From the human T2T-CHM13v2.0 reference genome, Homo sapiens, in assembly GCF_009914755.1 (NCBI RefSeq), contig NC_060927.1: a stretch of 64,000 bases of DNA; one strand, given 5' to 3'. Of the stretch, positions 1 to 16,567 are shown piece after piece. The first letter of the stretch is position 1. Every line of letters starts with the position of its first letter. The notes under the pieces are model-generated. The model did no database searches. It was not told the DNA's origin and saw only the letters and a list, made by a program, of their open reading frames with translations. The translations under genes were made by a program, and so were the position numbers.

Positions 1-388
1 ACCAAAAAGACACCAAGAAAACTGCAAGTATGGCTGCGCTGGAAAAAACCAAAATAAGTAGTCATCTGTGAAGTACTGCAAGTGTGGGAAATGGTTGAGA
101 GTCATGGACATTGGGGAATATCAACAAAAGAGGAAGAAAAAGAAGATTAGGATGGAGGTAGAAATGATTCCCATGGAATTACTGACATCAGTATATATTC
201 CCTTAGCCTATTATTACATCAGTGTCTCCTACTGGGAATATTTACTGAACCAGTGGTACTCAGACTTTTTCTGAGCAGGGAAAAAAATTTATTCAACATT
301 TGGAAAACTGGCATAGGGCATCCAAAGTGGGGTGAGAAGGCTCTTGTGTCAGACTACCAGGTCCATTCCCAGCTCAATATATACATAC

Positions 389-730
389 TGTGGTAAGATA
401 TCCGTAACGTAAAATTTACTATTTTAACCATTTTTAAGTGTACAGTTTTGTGGCATTAAGTACATTCACAATGTTGTGGAACAACTACCTGTATCTAGGT
501 CTAAAACATTTCATCACCTCCAAGGGAAATCCTATACCCATTAAGCATACATTCCCCGATTCCTTCTTCCTCCAGTGCCTGGCAGCTACTCATCTGCTTT
601 CAATCTCTATGGATTTGCCCATTCAGGCATTTCATATAAATGGAATCTTATAATAGGTGACCTTTTTTGTAATGGCTTATTGTACTTAGCATGTTTTTAA
701 TGCTCATCCATGTTGTAGCATGTATACTTC
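389..730 (-). mobile_element. L1MB (L1MB7/8-like) 3' fragment
   Basis: Antisense old-L1 3'UTR text: TTAACCATTTTTAAGTGTACAG...CATTTCATATAAATGGAAT...CATCCATGTTGTAGCATGT. Confidence 0.85.
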
Positions 731-859
731 AGTAAAAAAAAATTGAATACAATTGTAAATATTTGTTTGAAACACATAAAAGAAATAGTTAAAGGGATTG
801 AGCCTATTTACAGAAGACTTGAACTCTGGGGCAAGGAGAGATGAAAAGGGGGACTAGGA

Positions 860-1130
860 TAGCAGTTGTCATTTCAAAGACTCATTGTGTGTAAAGAGAC
901 TAAGTTTTATTCTATTCAGCCCCAAATTATCCCCCCATAACCAAAGAGTAGAAACTATAAGAAGAGAGATTTCAATTTGACATAAGAAAAATCTTTCAAC
1001 AGTGTTATCCAAAGACAGAATAGACTGTTTTTATAAATAATGAGTTCCACTTATCTGTAGGTATTCAAGTATAAATGGAATATTCCCTTCGCAGAAATCT
1101 TTAGAGAAGCAAGCATCAGATAAGATTGAT
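860..1130 (+). mobile_element. L3/CR1 LINE relic
   Basis: Degenerate CR1 3' signature (AGATTTCAATTTGACATAAGAAAA...ATAATGAGTTCCAC...GGTATTCAAG). Confidence 0.5.
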
Positions 1131-1136
1131 CTGAAT

Positions 1137-1433
1137 CAGTGGTTCCTAAAAGCCAATCAACAAGCGCATGCCAATACATGATGAAGTTTTCATTCACTCG
1201 TGGTGAAATGCCAAAATCAAAGAGGTTTTTATAAAGCTAAATATATATTTAATTATTTTAATTCCAAGATTATGCCTTTCATCCTTTTAGTATCAAAATA
1301 GCCCCCCAAAATAGTGAATGATAGTTTTCTTCATTCATGCCCTTTTTTGGGGCAAAACTTCAAGGTGACAAAGTAAAGTCAGCCCTTTGTTTTAGGGGGG
1401 AAATTGTACCAGTCTCAAAGTGTGAGAATCATT
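1137..1433. mobile_element. hAT-Charlie DNA transposon fossil (Charlie18a-like)
   Basis: Starts CAGTGGTTCCTAAA, ends GTGTGAGAATCATT; internal GATGAAGTTTTCA and ATAAAGCTAAAT match recalled consensus. Confidence 0.55.
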
Positions 1434-2447
1434 TGAATAGGTGATTCTTAAGACATTTTCAAAATTCCAAGAACCCATGTTTATGACCAAGGATTGTTAT
1501 GAAAGTTGCTTTTGTTGTTCATTTTATCCATATTTCAACTGTGTATGCAAGGAGTGGAGCACCTCCCAAGAGGATTTTCCCCAAGGCTTCTGCCTTTGTA
1601 GGGATGGTCTGAAATGATATAGAATTTGAACGGATTTCTAGTCTCACAGGGATTTATATTACATGAAAAAAGAGAGAGCTTTGCTTTAGAGATGTTTATC
1701 CAAATTCACCACGGAGTCAATGGGCCAAATTCCAAATGCCATGGGCCTCCCAGTGGGTGTCAATTTTACTGGGCGGCTGTGTTTGGGAGAAAAAGTACAT
1801 ATGCATGTGTGGCTGTGAATGTGTGTGTGTAGAGATAAAGAGAGAAGGATATGAACAAATAGATAGAGGCATCAACAATCACAAGAGGGAAAGGGATGAT
1901 ATATGTTTAGAATTATATCTAAGGACTGTCTAAAGATAAACAAAAATAACGTTTTTCCCCTTTTTTGTCACCCTTGTTAAAATCAATAGGAAAAATTTGA
2001 AGGTACCAAGTTATTTTATTGTCAGGCACCAAAAGAGTAAAAATTGATGACATCACTCCATACAAAACCCCCAGAGCTTTCTGATTCTGCTGTTTATGCT
2101 TTCTCCTGCAACATCTCCATTTGGATCCTGCTGGAAACACTTTTCTTTCTGTCACTCACAATCTGTCAAGACAGCATTATCTTCTGTGGTTTAAAAACAG
2201 AAACTCCATTTAACTTCGTGGTTGATAAAGACATCTCGTTCACATCCCTTAACTAACAATAATTATTCTAATTTACCACATAAAGACAAGAAAAAATATG
2301 CACTTAACATTTTGCAGCTGGTTTTGTATCAAGGAACACATGGAAGAGAAATGGTCCCACTCTTGCGATAAAAAAATAAGGTATTAAGTAAAAAATAGAC
2401 CTAACATGAATGTATGCTTTTGGTACATCCTCCCTACATGCCAATCA

Positions 2448-2640
2448 GTGAAGCAATTAGGAGTTTGGGCTCTCAAAACATACTTGGATTCCAATCCTGG
2501 ATTTGCCTCTTATTAATCTAAGAAGGCAAGACACGTAACCTTCCTAAGTCTTCTTCATCTGTAAAATGGGAGCATATATCAATATCTACCTCATAAGATT
2601 AAATTAGATAATCAATCTATGTCAGCTGCTGTTACTATTG
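2448..2640 (+). mobile_element. MIR
   Basis: MIR core CTTCATCTGTAAAATGGG...TACCTCATAAG. Confidence 0.75.
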
Positions 2641-2689
2641 TTGTCCTCCTCCTACTCGTCCTCATCATCACCACTATTAACATCAAATC

Positions 2690-3470
2690 AACGTATTAGT
2701 TAAGGTTCTTTGGGGTCAAGCAACGCAGATCATCCTGCCTAACGTTAGCAAAATAGAAAAGAGATCTACTGCAAGTATACAGAATAGTGCCTAAAAATCA
2801 AAGTAAAACTAAATGAAGCTCAGAACCAACAGGAGGCTGGGGGCAGTGGTTCACACCTGTAATCTTAGCACTTTGGGAGGCCGAGGCAGAGGGATCACTT
2901 GAGCCCAGGAGTTTGAGACGAGCCTGGACACCATGGCAAAACCCAGTCTCTACAAAAATTTAGCTGGGCGTAGTGGCACCCACCTGTAGTCCCAGTTACT
3001 AGGGAGGTTGAGATGGGAGAATTGTTTGAGTCTGGGAGGTTGAGGCTACAGTGACCCATGATCATGCCACTGTGCTCCAGCCTGGGCAACAGAGAGACCT
3101 TGTCTAAAAAAAAAAAAAAAAAAAAAAAAAGAAGCAACAGGAGTCAGGCTCCCAGGAATTCATGGTCAGTTAGTTCTTCAGGCTACTATCAGCAGGAAGA
3201 ATCAGCAACAACCATTTTCCATCCTTGGGTCAATGTACTCAAGATTCAGAATCTCTGAAAAAAAAAGAGTGGTGGGGTGGGGGTAGGGGGGTGGGGTTTG
3301 GGACTTGGGCACTGCCTTGGTCACATGACCACTGCTTGGCCTGGGGAAGGCAAGGTGTTTGACAGCTCCAATAATACTGTGTTTGGTGGAGAAGGCTATT
3401 CCCCAAGGGAAAAATCTACTTTATAACTCAAAGAAGAGGAGTACAGATACTGAGCAGGTACATATACCAA
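2690..3470 (-). mobile_element. Old MLT1 (ERVL-MaLR) LTR, split by AluJ
   Basis: GTTAAGGTTCTTT...AAGCAAC at left; GGTCACATGACCAC...TTCCCCAAGGGAAAAT at right. Confidence 0.5.
2835..3130 (+). mobile_element. AluJ with poly(A) tail and TSD
   Basis: Dimeric Alu with J-type GAGCCCAGGAG; TSD AGAA(C/G)CAACAGGA at 2822-2834 and 3130-3142. Confidence 0.95.
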
Positions 3471-4169
3471 GAACTATTTTTCTTACACCATTACATCCCA
3501 ACGACCCACTACGTCAAGCTCAATTAAGCCTGCACCCTCTTCTCCATCATCCTTCCTATTTGGTAATTACTCTTTTAATACATGTTTTTAATTTTGAAGT
3601 TGTTGTTAAAACTCAATTTGAGAAAAGCAAAAAGGCCCCAGAGCTCTAAAGTATATATGTCCCTTAAAAATATATATATATATATATACTGCTTGCTGAC
3701 AATAAATTATTTTGTTAAAAAACTTCCGTATTAGAATTTCCAGAAAATTTATTGTCTTTATGTTCAAGTTATTTAGTAGTAATCTGTGCTATTAAGAAGC
3801 ACATAAAGCACCCATTGAAAAAGTTATCTGAAGATGATTTAGAGAAATAGTTTGTTCTCTTAGAAAGAAATCTCTTTTATGTTTTAAGTTCAATAAGATG
3901 ATATTTATGCTCATAAATTAGGGTCAAAGGCAACATTTTGTTTTGGTAATTTTTTTGTGGATGATGATGTTTTAGTGAGAAAGGATTGACAATAAAAGCA
4001 AGAATGTAAGAATAATAAAAATAAATAATAACGAAATACATGACCTACAATTTCATTAAAATTTTCTTCCAGCTTACTAGCTGAACAAATCCCAAACAAT
4101 GAAAATATACAGAGTCTGATTAATTTGAAGCCCTAAACAACTCTGTAGCTCAGTGAAAACATTTCTCAT

Positions 4170-4400
4170 AAAGCCCAGGGCCCTGAGGGCACACAGAGCT
4201 AAGACAAATCCCAGTGTGGTCCACCCTTAGCAGCTGTGTGACTCTAAGCAACTTACTAATCTGCCAAAATACCCAGGTCTCGCCTCATCTGTAAATGAAG
4301 TAAACAACGTGGTGGGATGTTTTGAGGACTTGATATAATGCATGGAAGGGTCTTGACACTTTTTCTGGCAAACAATGAGCACACAACGATAAACGTTTAT
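4170..4400 (+). mobile_element. MIR
   Basis: AGCTGTGTGACTCTAAGCAACTTAC...CCTCATCTGTAAATG. Confidence 0.7.
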
Positions 4401-4460
4401 AATTCTATGTATGGAGAGAGAGAGAGAGAGACTGAGAAAGCATACAAAAGAGCAAGAAAG

Positions 4461-4683
4461 CAGTAGTTCTCAACAGGGAGTGATTTTTGCTCACCAGAGG
4501 ACATTTGGCAAGGTCTGGAGACATCTGTGATTGTCAAAACCTGGAGGGTAGAGGGTGCTTCTGGCATCCAGTGGGTAGAGGCCAGGCATGCTGCTTACAG
4601 GGAAGCTCTTACAATACAGATGACAAGCCCCCACAACAGAATTATCCAAGCCAAAATGCCAATAATGCCAAGGTTGAGAAACA
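4461..4683. mobile_element. MER20 (hAT-Charlie)
   Basis: CAGTAGTTCTCAAC...GGACATTTGGCAA...GTGGGTAGAGGCCAGG...CCAAGGTTGAGAAAC. Confidence 0.9.
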
Positions 4684-5289
4684 GAAAGAGATTGAGAAAG
4701 AGAAAGCAATGTGATGTAATGCAGAACCTGTAACAGATTTGGAAGGAAAGGTACATTCAAAGCCGGGATAGGAAAGTAGATCAGAGCAGATTTGAAATTA
4801 GATTGACAGGCATCTGCCACATGTAAGCTATTGAGGAAGTGCTCTGAGCCTGAGGATTCTCATTTGAACAACGGGCATAATATGTAACATCACCTACCTC
4901 AAAAAGTTGTTAGCAGGCATGATATTCACCCCTGACCAAATCATTACAGATGCCCACTGCGTATAACCAGTAGGACTTCACCAGTGTGTATACCCACTGT
5001 CAACCCTAAGAGTTAGGTACACGTAATAAATAAATGGTTACTAGTCTTGTTATATATTAGACCAACAGCCAGGTTTGAAGTTTGACTCTGCTACACTGGA
5101 AATACTTGAAAGGGTTTGTTAATATCAGCAAGAATTAGTGCCCTCATAAGGAAGTAAACAGCAACTAGACTCCAAGTTCAAATGAGTTTTCCCTGTAGGT
5201 TAGGTGTCCTCAACTTGGGATCCTTAAAACCTCTGAAATTAAAAAGAAAAAATTACACATATGCACATATATACATGTATGAATGCAAC

Positions 5290-5292
<3 letters not shown>

Positions 5293-5320
<28 letters not shown>
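5293..5320. repeat. (GT)14 microsatellite, probably within a MER103C-like fossil
   Basis: Read directly; flanking element call is tentative. Confidence 0.9.
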
Positions 5321-5449
5321 ATTTTTCTCTGAAGAGGGGTCCAAAAATGGTGACGCATCACTGGGTTAGAGGTATACAGTTTTCAATATAAAGTAATAAC
5401 CAGGATGCAGTAGAGTTTCTGAAGATATCATTGTAATGTGAAGGAGACA

Positions 5450-5663
5450 GTATTTGGAAATAGTTATGAACTCAGATCTGGGAGTTTGAATTCTGCCTCT
5501 GCCACTTACTGTCTGTGCAACCTTGCATAACTGACAGAACAATAACTTCTTTGCATCTCACATGCAAAGGTGGAATGCTCATAATATCCACCTAAGAAGA
5601 ATCTTAGAGCAATAAAATTAGACAATTCCCATATGGTATTCAGCACAGTACTCAACACATAGT
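5450..5663 (+). mobile_element. MIR (abuts MER44)
   Basis: TCTGCCACTTACTGTCTGTGCAACCTTG...CAGCACAGTACTCAACACATAG. Confidence 0.7.
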
Positions 5664-6191
5664 ATAGAAGTCCCTGGTTATCCGCAGGACAGATGCTTCA
5701 AGATCCCCAGTGGATGCCTGAAACCAAACAGTACTATGTTTCTCCTACACATGCATACCTATGAAAAAGTTTAATTTATAAATTAGGCAGAGTAAGATAT
5801 TGACAATGATAGCTAATGATAAAATAGAGCAATTATAACACTATGCCAGCATTACTACTCTTGTGCTGGGGCCATTATTAAGTAAAACAAGGGTTCCTTG
5901 AACACAAGCACCATGATACCATGACAGTTGATCTGATAACTGAGATAATGATTAAGTGATGAATGGACAGGGAGCATCTACAGTGCATATGCTGGACAAA
6001 GGGATGATTCACTTCCTCACAATGGAGCGAGACAGCATGAGATTCCATCATGCTACTTAGGACGGTGTGCAATTTAAAATTTATACATTGTTTATTTCTG
6101 GAATTTTATAGTTAATATTTTTGGACCACAGTTGACCATGGTTAACTGAAACCACAGAAAGCAAAACCGTGAATAAGGGGAGACCACTGTA
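5664..6191. mobile_element. MER44B-like (TcMar-Tigger)
   Basis: Degenerate TIRs (AGTCCCTGGTTATCCGC / GAATAAGGGGAGACCACTG), TA ends, internal AATTTATAAATTAGGCA and GCTGGACAAAGGGATGATTCAC. Confidence 0.85.
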
Positions 6192-8003
6192 TGTGAGGAC
6201 TAAGAATTAGATACTGCAATGGAAGTATTTGCAAAGACTATTATATTCAGATGGTGGTGAAGGTTTGAGCCTTCTCTAACTACGTATGGCACACACTATC
6301 AGAAAAATGGCAGGGATTCATCAATTAATCTATCCATTTACTACTAGTTCAGCCAGAGGATCCACTAATTCTGAGACATGCCTTGTATAATAATATCTAT
6401 ACAATGTTGAAAAGTGGACAGAAGTAGCTGTGAATCTGGTCACAAAACCTCTTTTTATACAAGAAAGCCTCATTCAAACTTTCTCCTCTGACACATTTCC
6501 CAGGGCCCCCTCTGGGATTTCCACAAACATGATGTTGTGCTTGACTGTGCATTACTATGGAACAATTCTAAGCCTGTCTCACCTACATATAAGATACAGA
6601 CTCCGCAAGGGCCTTTTCAATCTCCTTCATTCCTCTCAGAACCTGTGCAAACAGGATTTTATGCACAGGTAACCCAAATAAAGCAGGGTTGCCTCGAGAC
6701 TTGCATCTGCCCAATAACATATCCACGAAGAATGACTCTGTAGGCATTTGCCAGTGCATTGCACAGCAGCACAGCCTAAAATTCTTCCTCACCCATCCAT
6801 TGCCCCAACCTTAAAGCATCTGCTTTAAAAAAAAAAATTCATCTTTCCCCATCTCTCATTCTAACCTATCCCCACCCAGGATGCCCTCAGTGCCATTCTG
6901 CTTTTTCGCTGCCACCACATTTACTGTGCTCATGACACCTGTCCCCTCTCTTCAGGGTATCACTCCTGCAAGGCAGAGAGCCTGGCCTGAATACCTTTCT
7001 TCTGGAAGCAGCCCTCTAGAATTCTGGGTAACAGATTCGCTATCTTGTTCTATAGAGAAGTTCATTACAAGAAATGCCTCCATTCCTGGCTCAACGCTCA
7101 CTTAACCTTCTTCTAGAGGCCACAGGCAGATGATCTTCCAAGTTTCTCTTACCCTAGAATAGTAGTGAAGAAAAAAGGACCTCATCTGCACTCTACCTGA
7201 CTTGCAGGGCAAAGTCAGTATTAATCAGAGGTGCCCTTTTTGCTACTGACAGACAAAGTAGATGCACTCATAACCAAGAGCTTTTCACCAAACCCTCAGG
7301 GCTTTAAATCTTTCTCAAACAAACTGCAATTTGCAAAGAAACACCCTAAATGATGCTGTGCAAGGAAGTTACAGCAGGCACAGAAGGATGGAGTAACATT
7401 TCACCATCTGCTTGTGATAATAATAATGCCTCTACCTTGCAAAGTGTCTAATTGATTGTGTGACACAGGCACAAAGTTCCTGCCACAATTTCACCAACAA
7501 AAGTTATTCCTAAATTGTACCCTCACAGAGGGAGAGTGCTAAGGTCAGTGGTCCTAAGGACCAATTTTGAGCATATGAACTTTCTGGTGGCAGAATGATA
7601 AGAGTCCTGGGACACAGTTAGGCAAGATTGAACCAACTCACCCTATAATAGTTGCTTCAAGCAATGTCCAGCCGGGGACACAGAGAACAGAGAGGTAGGG
7701 GATGGATCTAGGGCAGTGTTTTCCACTTGTGGAATGGAAAATGCCTTAAGGTAATATGGATGAACAACTGTCTGGGTTTCCTGTGGAGGAAGCCTGGGCT
7801 GCTTTACTCTCTAGGGTGTTGAGCCAGAAGGCTTTATTCTGGTACAGCCACCTCATTGATAGTGAGGTAGCAATGCCTGACAAAAGTAGATGTTCATGCT
7901 TTGTGCTAGAAGAGCATAGACTTAGCCAGATGCCATCTTTTTCTAAATTGGCAGCACTCAGGCCTCAACTGAAGGGGTTGGGAAAAGTGAGCTGGAAAAA
8001 AGA

Positions 8004-8273
8004 GGCCGGGAGCGGCAGCTCACACCTGTAATCCCAGCACTTTGGGAGGCCAAGGCAGGTGCAACACCTGAGGTCAGGAGTTCAAGACCAGCCTGGCCAA
8101 CATGGTGAAACCCCGTCTCTACTACAAAAATTACAGCCAGCTACGCCGAAGGCTGAGGCAGGAGAATCGATCAAACCTGGGAGGGGGAGGCTGCTGTGAA
8201 CTGAGATTGCACCAATGCACTTCAGCCTAGGCAACAGAGTGAGACTCAATCTCAAAAAAAAAAAAAAAAAAAA
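8004..8273 (+). mobile_element. AluS with internal deletion at start of right arm
   Basis: GGCCGGG...CCTGAGGTCAGGAGTTC; about 27 nt missing after the A-rich linker; A20 tail. Confidence 0.95.
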
Positions 8274-8276
8274 GAC

Positions 8277-8487
8277 GGGGGCGATTCCAAGATGGCCGAA
8301 TAGGAACAGCTCCAGTCTGTACCTCCCAGCGTGAGCGACGCAGAAGATGGATGATTTCTGCATTTCCAACTGAGGTATCGGGTTCATCTCACTGGGGCAT
8401 GTCAGACAGTGGGTGCAGGACAGTGGGTGCAGTCCACTGAGCGAGAGCCGAAGCAGGGCAAGGCATCGCCTCACCCGGGAAGCGCAA
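8277..8487 (+). mobile_element. L1PA4/5-like 5' end (first ~210 nt of 5'UTR promoter)
   Basis: GGGGGCGATTCCAAGATGGCCGAATAGGAACAGCTCC...CCCGGGAAGCGCAA; YY1 site CAAGATGGCC at 8288-8297. Confidence 0.93.
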
Positions 8488-11062
8488 ACATGTACCACAT
8501 GTTCTTTATCCAGTCTATCATTGATGGACATTTAGATTGATTCCATGTCTTTGCTATTGTAAATACTGCTGCAATGAATATACACATGCATGTGTCTTTA
8601 TAATAGAATGATTTATATTCCTTTGGGTATATAAATACCCAGTAATGGGATTGCTGGGTTGAATGGTAGTTCTGCTTTTAGGTCTTTAAGGAATCGTCAC
8701 ACTGTCTTCCACAATGGTTGAACTAATTTACACTCCCACCAACAGTGCATAAGCATTCCTTTTTTTCCACACCCTGACCAGCATCTGCTACTTTTTGACT
8801 TTTTAATAATAGCCATTTTGACTGGTGTGAGACTGTATCTCATTGTGGTTTTGATTTGCATTTCTCTAATGATCAGTGATGTTGAGCTTTTTTTTCAGAT
8901 TTTTGTTGGCCACATGTATGTCTTCTTTTGAAAAGTGTTTGTTCATGTCCTTTGCCCACTTTTTAATGGGGTTGTTTTTCTCTTGTAAATTTGTTTAAGT
9001 TCCTTATATATGCTGGATATTAGATCTTTGTTAGATGCATAGTTTGCAAAAATTTTCTCCCATTCTGTAGGTTGTCTATTCACTCTGTTGGTAGTTTCCT
9101 TTACTGTGCAGAAGCTCCTTAGTTTAATTAGATCTCATTTGTCAATTTTTGCTTTTGTTGCAATTACTTTTAGCATGTTTGTCATTAAATCTTTGCCTGT
9201 TCCTATGTCCTTAATGGTATTGCCTAGTTGATTTCCAGGGTTTTTATAGTTTGGGGTTTTACATTTAAGTCTTTAAGCTATCTCGAGTTAATTTTTGTAT
9301 ATGATATAAGGAAGGGGTTCAGTTTTAATCTTCTGCATATGGCTAGCAGCTTAACCCAGTACCATTTATTGAATAGGGAATCCTTTCCCCATTGCTTGTT
9401 TTTGTCAGGTTTATCGAAGATCAGATGGTTGTAGGTGTACAGCCTTATTTCTGGGTTCTCTAATCTGTTCCATTGGGCTATGTGTTTGTCTTTGTACCAG
9501 AGCCATGCTGTTTTGGTCACTGTAGCCTCGTAGTACAGTTTGAAATTGGGTAGCATGATGCCTCCAGTTTTGTTCTTTTAGCTTGGGATTGCCTTGGCTC
9601 TTGGGCTCTTTTCTGCTTCCATATGAATTTTAAAATAGTTTGTTTCTAGTTCCGTGAAGAATCTCAATGGTAGATTAATAGGAATAACACTGAATTTCTA
9701 TAAACTGTTAAGGGCCATATGGCCATTTGCATGATATTTATTCTTCCTATCCATGAGCATGGAATGTTTTTCCATTTGTCTGTGTCATCTCTGATTTCTT
9801 TGAGCAGAATTTTGTAGTTCCCCTTGTGGAGATCTTTCACCTCCCTAGTTTGCTGGATTCCTAGGTATTTTATTCTTCTGTGGCAATTATGAATGTGACT
9901 ATGTTCCTGATTTGGCTCTCGGCTTGACTATTGTTGGTATATAGGAATGTTTGTGATTTTTGCACATGGATTTTGCATCCTGAGACTTTGCTGAAGTTGT
10001 TTATAAGCTTAAGAAGCTTTTAGGCTGAGACGATGGGGTTTTCTAGATATAAGATTATGTCACCTGCATTTGAATGCACTTTATTTCTTTATCTTGCCTG
10101 ATTGCCCTGGCCAGGACTTCTAACACTATGTTGAATGGATGTGGTGAGAGAGGGCATCGTTGTCTTATGCTGATTTTCAGTGGGAATGCTTCCAGCTTTG
10201 CCCATTTAGTATGATGTTGGCTGTCTGTTTGCCATAGGTGGCTCTTATTATTTTGAGGTATGTTCCTCCAATAAGGAGTTTAGTGAGAGTTTTTTAACAT
10301 AAATGGGTATTAAATTTTATCAAAAGCCTTTTCTACATCTATTGAGATAATCATGCAGTTTTTGTCTTTAGTTATGTTTATGTGATGAATAACATTTATG
10401 GATTTGCATATGTTGAACTAACTTTGCATCCCAGGGATAAAGGTTACTTAATCACAGGGAGTAAGCTTTTTGATGTGCTGCTGGATTCGGTTTGCTAGCA
10501 TTAGGTCAAAGATTTTTGCATCAATATTCATCAAGGATATTGGCCTGCAGTTTTTTTTTGTTGTATCTCTGTCAGGTTTTGATATCAGGATGCTGCTGGC
10601 CTCATAGAATGAGTTAGGGGGGAGTCCCTCCTCAATTTTTTGGAATAGCTTCAGCAGGAATGCTACCAGCTCTTCTCTGTACATCTGGTAAAATTTAGCT
10701 GTGAATCCATCTGGTCCTGGGCTTTTTTTGGTTGGTAGGCTATTTATTATTGTCTAAATTTCAGAGCTCCCTATTGGTCTGTTCTAGGTTTCAGTTTCTT
10801 CCTGATTCAGTCTTGGGTGGGTGAACGTGTCTAGGAATTTATTCATTTCTTCTAGATTTTCTAGCTTATCTGCATAGAGGTGTTTATAATATACTCTGAT
10901 AGTTATTTGTATTTCGGTGGGGTCAGTGATAATATCCTCCTTGTGATTTCTGATTGTGCTTATTTGAATCTTCTCTCTTTTCTTCTTTATTAGTCTAGCT
11001 AGTGGTCTATTTTATTATTAATAATTCTTTCAAAAAACAGCTCTGGATTCCTTGATCTTTTT
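8488..11062 (-). mobile_element. Older L1PA (L1PA12-15-like) ORF2 fragment, no 3'UTR
   Basis: ORF2 peptides in track (9278-9556 [17 protein letters not shown]; 10448-10684 [15 protein letters not shown]). Confidence 0.9.
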
Positions 11063-11074
11063 TTATCCAAGTAA

Positions 11075-11235
11075 TTGAACAATTCTACAAGTATTAAATT
11101 TTACACCAGGAATGTATGAAGGTTCCCGAATCCTTGCTGATGCTTGTTATTGTTGTCGGGTTTAGTGGGTGTGAAGTGGTGTCATATTGTGGTTTTGATT
11201 TCTATTTCCCTAATGACAGATAACGCTGAGCATCT
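11075..11235 (-). mobile_element. Ancient L1M fragment (target of the young L1)
   Basis: GTGGGTGTGAAGTGGTGTCATATTGTGGTTTTGATTT...GAGCATCTTTT. Confidence 0.7.
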
Positions 11236-15250
<4,015 letters not shown>

Positions 15251-16567
15251 GTATTGATAATTGTGGATTTGATCCTGTCATCATGATGTTAGCTGGTTAT
15301 TTTGCAGACTTGTTTATGTGGTTGTTTTATAGTGTCACTGGTCTGTATACTTCACCATGTTTTTGTAGTGGCTGGTAGCCATCCATTCTTCCCGTATTTA
15401 GTGCTTTCTTCAGGAGATCTTGTAAGGCAGGTCTGCTGGTAGTGAATTCTCTCAGCATTTGCTTGTCTGAAAAGGATCTTATTTCTCCTTCGTTTATGAA
15501 GCTTAGTTTGGCTGGATATGAAATTCTGGATTAGAATTTCTTTTCTTTAAGACTGTTGAACATTGGCCCCCAGTCTCTTCTGGCTTGTAGGGTTTCTGCT
15601 AAGAGGTCTGCTGTTACTCTGATGAACTTCCCTTTGTAGGTGAGCTGACCTTTCTCTCTAGCTGCCTTTAACATTTTTTCTGTCATTTCAACCATGGAGA
15701 ATCTGACGATTATGTGTTTTGGGGATGATCTTCTTGTGAAGTGTCTTACTGGGGTTCTCTGTATTTCCTAAATTTCAATGTTGGCCTGTCTAGCTAAGTT
15801 GGGGACATTCTCATGAATGATATCCTGAAATATGTTTTCCAAATTGGTTCCATTCTCCCCATCTCTTTCAGAGATACCAAAGAATCACAGATTTGGTCTC
15901 TTCACATAATCCCATATTTCTCAGAGGTTTTGTTCATTCTTTCTCATTCTTTTTTCTCTATTATCTGACTGTCTTGTTTCAGAAAGCCAGTCTTCAAGCT
16001 CTGAAATTGTTTCCTCTGCTTGGTCTATTCTACTATTAATACTTGTGATTGCATTATGAAATTACTATAGTGTATTTTTCAGCTCTATGAGGTCAATTAC
16101 ATTCTTTTCTATATTGACTATTTTTTCTGTCACCTACTGAATTGTTTTATCATGATTTTTAGCTTCCTTGTATTGAGTTTCAATGTACTCCTGTAGCTCA
16201 ATGATTTTCATTCCTATCCGTATTTTGAACTCTGTTTCTGTTATTTCAGCCATCTCAACCTGGTTCAGAACCCTTACTGGAGAAGTGATGTGATTGTCTG
16301 GAGAAAAGAAGGCACTCTGGTTTTTTGAGTTTTCAGGATTCTTGTGCTGATTCTCTCTCATCTTTGTGGGCTTATCTACCTTTAATCTTTGAGGTTGCTG
16401 ACCTTTGGATGCTTTTTTTTTCTTTTAACCTCTTTGATGACCTTGAGGGTTTCATTGTGGTACAAGATGGATTTGCCCCACTGGCTTCGTTTCTGGAAAA
16501 TTTTAGGGGGCCAACACTCAGCTTCCAACTCATGGACTGTGTGCTGTAACTCTGGGGTACTTGTATT
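15251..16567 (-). mobile_element. Older L1PA13-like inter-ORF spacer, ORF1 and partial 5'UTR
   Basis: ORF1 start MRENQHKNPENSKNQSAFF (16361); old-type spacer TTTTGCAGACTTGTTTATGTGG; old-type UTR TTTAGGGGGCCAA. Confidence 0.85.

Noticed and set aside
8082-8531. 149 aa ORF and other Alu-overlapping ORFs (2895, 45101, 54753, 61447, 62742)
   Set aside because: Standard antisense Alu or L1-UTR translation artefacts
8277-11062. Twin-priming 5' inversion of a single L1
   Set aside because: The two pieces look like different-age subfamilies, and the minus piece has no 3' end or TSD
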